A DNA stretch of 55,051 nt, filler included, from Squatina squatina (lineage: Eukaryota): assembly GCA_031763465.1 (NCBI GenBank). It is 3 parts of 3 records of this genome, joined end to end, with 100 filler letters (N's around TTAATTAATTAA, not from the genome) between each part and the next. Parts side by side here need not be neighbours in the genome. Positions count along the whole stretch, not along the records: positions 41,775 to 55,051 come from JARFOE010000203.1; 2 more parts are not named here. One strand, written 5' to 3'. A program made the translations under genes and the position numbers. The notes beneath the pieces were generated by a model, which saw only the letters and a program-made list of their open reading frames with translations, was not told the DNA's origin and made no database searches. Position 1 is the stretch's first letter, and every line of letters begins with the position of its first letter. Shown here one piece after another: positions 51,511 through 55,051 of this stretch.

Positions 51511-52220
51511 GACCTGTATTTTGTGAACCCTACAGGTGCATATGAGGTGCGTACACACCTGTAAGGGCCGTGCAAGTTCCGAGTTTTCGCGCGCAAAGCG
51601 CATGCACAAGAACCCAGTACTTGCGATCTGTCAAGAATCTTCATAGCCATCCCCGGGAAAAGGGCATCCACGGGCGGAGAGATTGGCAATTTTCCCAACA
51701 TCTGCACAGCGAATGCCCATGAATTTCTTACAACTGGTGCCAGCGTAAGAGTTTAAAAAACAAAAATAAAATTTCATCAGTCATTTATACATTGAAAACC
51801 TTGTGCAAGAAGATATGTTTCTTTTTAGCTCCGTTAAAAGTTGTAAATTTATTTTTCAAAAATTAAATTTTTGTTTTAAATATTTAAATGCCATTTTAGT
51901 TAATTTTAAATAATGTAATGTTTTTTTATTTATTTGAAGTGTAGATGTATTTTTTGGGATATTCTTATTCATGCTTATGGGGTTTCTGTACATACAGAAT
52001 CCCTATCAGCATGAATGGGGATTCCCTTCTTTCATTGGTTGGGCTGGCCCACGTGATCCCAAGGGCACTTGTGAACCGTGTGCGCTCCTGGGATACGTGG
52101 GCTTCTACCCGTGGGTACCCGGTGAATCTCCGTACATTCTGGACAACCAAGTATGCGGGCATTTTATTTGCAGATTGGAGGCACTTTCCTGCAGGAAGCC
52201 CCTGACCGCAAATTCAGGGC
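51511..52220. mobile_element. MITE-like element with imperfect terminal inverted repeats
   Basis: Left GACCTGTATTTTGTG versus right-end reverse complement GCCCTGAATTTGCG. GC-rich arms flank an AT-rich core (51760-51960). Confidence 0.55.
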
Positions 52221-52639
52221 TAATAAAGTTCTTGCTATTCTGCCAAGAAATTGGTTTAACCTCCGACCTTAGAAGAGCACCTTCTACTGCATCAATGTGA
52301 TATTTCTGTTTTCGACACAATCCTTATAGTGTCGCTGAGTAAGGCTAACAATTTTATACCAATCAGGATTGAATTGTTGTCATATATGTACTGTGGGTTT
52401 ATGCTCACTGGAAACTAGATTGAGACCAGCCAAATTTATTATTTAAGTTTCTGCTTTTCTTTTAGTAATATTTGAAACTTTTTTTTTTACAATTTGTCTA
52501 CTTTTTATTTTTCTGCATTTCTCTTTTCTATATATTTTGTTCCTTGCTAGCTATAATATTAAATATCAATATTCTCTGGATACCAAGCACAGCAGCTTTT
52601 AAGACACCACAATCAGAGAGTACTCAGATGAAACCGTAC

Positions 52640-52798
52640 CTTGTCCACAAATATTTTAATCTGACAGACAGCCCGGTGAATAGGCTTGTCTGATTTGGCT
52701 TCACAGTCGTAGGTGTCTATCTGGAGATTCAAGGGAAGACCTTTGACTCCCTTCTGTGAGGAGAAGTCTGTACTCAGGCAGTTAACTCCAATGTAAAC
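52640..52798 (-). CDS. Grainyhead-like transcription factor exon (CP2 DNA-binding domain), GRHL3-like
   Basis: 159-nt phase-0 exon, CTCTCCAATAG| ... AAG|[59 protein letters not shown]. Absent from the ORF track. Confidence 0.93.
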
Positions 52799-54137
52799 CT
52801 ATTGGAGAGAAAAAAAATGAAGTATGATTTTTTGCACACTTTTTTAAAGCTGCTTTTTAAAATCTGAGCGAGGTAAGGCATTTTGGACTGAATTGTTAGA
52901 GGACTGCAGAGTAGCTTCATACTTCATTAGGAAAATTCTTTCAAATGAACTCTTTCTTATTGATGGATTCTATGGATAATTACAGGTACTCAGAGTGAGA
53001 TAGTACTATTTGGTGGCCTTCAAACTCCATCTTGGCTACAACTGTCATATTTCTACAAATAGCTTTCCAAGAATGGTGTAATTTTAAGAGTTGTCCTGGG
53101 ATGACTTCTGCGCTGTGTGATTTCTTTTTCCAAAATTTATCGTTCTATTTGCTTTTGAAATAATTAACGTCCATGACTGATGCTACAAGTTGAGTGGTTG
53201 TGAGAACACAGCAGAATCATCAAAACTTGTTCAGACAAACAAAAGCATTTAAAGTATTTATTTAAATAAAAGACTTGCATTTATATAGCGCCTTTCATGA
53301 CCTCANNNNNNNNNNNNNNNNNNNNNNNNNNNNNNNNNNNNNNNNNNNNNNNNNNNNNNNNNNNNNNNNNNNNNNNNNNNNNNNNNNNNNNNNNNNNNNN
53401 NNNNNTGTTTATGCTCCATACGAGCCTCCTCCCACCCTTCTTCATCTAACCCCATCAACAGATCCTTCTGTTCCTTTTGGAGCCTTTATAAAGGCCAAAA
53501 TAATATACCCCCATATGCAGCCACTCACCTTTAAGTGGCCACATCCTTACAGATCTGCCTGCGAAGCAGATTTTCTGCAGCCCAATTTAGCTAGCTGTTG
53601 ATGCAAGGCTAAAGCTGTGCATGGAATTTCTGCTGATTACTTGAATCAACCGTGGAGCACTTTAGCTTAACTGCACTAGCATCTATAACACTCCTGGCAT
53701 GGATTTTGCTGAGACCGCATTCAGTTCCTTGTGTGATATGCTCTTCAAAGACATAATTGTCAATTAGGTTTTACAATTTTCCCCTAAAGTTAGAAGTCAC
53801 AACTGCTTCAGTATTTTAAATAGTTTTCCGATGCATTACACTTCATCAATTGACCCATTTTCGAATAAACATAATGGAATCCTCTCTGTAAAGGCTCTTA
53901 ATGGATNNNNNNNNNNACTGAACACTTCAGTGAATATTAATGACAGCTGATATTAAATTTTATATGGCATAAAGATCGATATTAGTTCTCAGTACAATTG
54001 TGTAACAGAGCATTTTCAGCAATTACTGCTCAATTTTGAGAGACAAATAAAAGGGGAAAAGAATAGAAAGGAAAGGAAGTAAAAATAAAATGTGATGCCC
54101 GAGTAAGGTTCGGCCATGATGGTATCAATGTCCTCAC

Positions 54138-54249
54138 CAAAATCAAGGACTCGTTGCTTGACTGTATGCTGTCGGGAATTCCAGTGTTTCCAATACTTCA
54201 GTTGTTCCTCCGGAGTCTTTGCATTGTCAAAAATGGCCATGATCATACT
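54138..54249 (-). CDS. Grainyhead-like transcription factor exon (CP2 DNA-binding domain), GRHL3-like
   Basis: 112-nt exon, TTCTATGTAG| ... TTG|GTGAGG. SMIMAIFDNAKTPEEQLKYWKHWNSRQHTVKQRVLDF. Paralogue identity is uncertain. Confidence 0.92.
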
Positions 54250-54689
54250 CTACATAGAAGAAAACAGTTAATGATCATTTATTTGTTTAGGCTGGACTTT
54301 TAAGCCTCTGCTTCTATTTGCAATGTCCACCTTTTAACCATGTAACTTATCTTACATGATACTTATACACTTCCCTGGAGCACACCCTCCACAAACAATT
54401 ATAGGACAGGTTAAGAATTTATCACTTGTTAATGTTAACACTGACTGGAATACAGAACCTATTCGATAATAACGTTAAGTTGGCCTACTGGGATGAATAT
54501 TTTCAAGGATGAGATATAAATTTGCTCATTTTGTGTAAATAGACCGCAAACTGCGAAATGCCCTTATTATCACACACCAGCGGGACATACTTAGAAAGGA
54601 AGAAATGGAGACAATTTGGGCCTTAACTTTAATATATTTCAGCTGGACATCTACACAACAGGAGACCCTTTTGTTAATTTCGGGACGAA

Positions 54690-54800
54690 TGATTGCACTG
54701 GGAGCGGCTGCCTGGATTTTGTGCTCAAGTCTCTGGAATGGAACTTGAACCCACAACCTTCTGACCCAGCGGTGAGAGTGCTGCCCACTGAGACAAGGCC
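54690..54800 (-). mobile_element. tRNA-derived SINE head (Deu-SINE type)
   Basis: Minus strand GTCTCAGTGGGCAGCACTCTC...AGAAGGTTGTGGGTTCAAGTTCCATTCCAGAGACTTGAGCACAAAATCCAGGC, with A- and B-box-like motifs. Confidence 0.7.
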
Positions 54801-55051
54801 GAGACACGTCGGGAACAAACATCAGCTCTCGCACCTTGACCACAGCTCATGTAGACATTGAGTTAACATTTCAGTCTCAGGCCTTTCATCAGAAGTTGAA
54901 GATGTTCCAGACGAACAGTTTTGAAGCGAGTAACACAGCAAAAGAGAGAAATGGAAATCGCACTGGAGAGAAGTGCAGAGCTTCCTCAAGAATTCTGGGC
55001 AATTCCTGGAAGGGACGTGGCAGTGAATTCAACATTTTCCAACGTTTCCTG

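Noticed and set aside
54690-54800. tRNA gene
   Set aside because: A/B-box-like head only, with no complete cloverleaf; it continues into SINE body sequence.

Overview
Vertebrate genomic DNA from a very gappy draft assembly, most likely a cartilaginous fish (shark/ray). The repeat content (CR1, L2, Penelope, Deu-domain SINEs, Harbinger relics) and the divergence of the genes support this. The window is not one locus. Two identical artificial 100-nt linkers (N44-TTAATTAATTAA-N44 at 18336-18435 and 41675-41774) join three unrelated pieces. Piece 1 (1-18335): complete two-exon NKX2-5 (+), one BNIP1 exon (-), and the last coding exon plus a probable ~6.8-kb 3'UTR of CREBRF (-), in the order and orientation known from human 5q35. 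Piece 2 (18436-41674): last three coding exons of SLC45A4 (+), three DENND3 exons (-) and the canonical first coding exon of PTK2/FAK (+), as at human 8q24.3. Piece 3 (41775-55051): two exons of a divergent Grainyhead-like gene (-) and a possible unassigned three-exon coding 3' end. Gene calls rest on manual translation, splice-phase checks and recalled orthologue sequences; no database search was run. I found no CRISPR array, tRNA, rRNA or prokaryotic system, and no convincing wholly new biological system. The best leads are the GRHL gene with Val at the normally invariant FCDKG cysteine, candidate N-terminal extension exons plus a uORF in FAK, the orphan exon chain, and NKX2-5 regulatory motifs.
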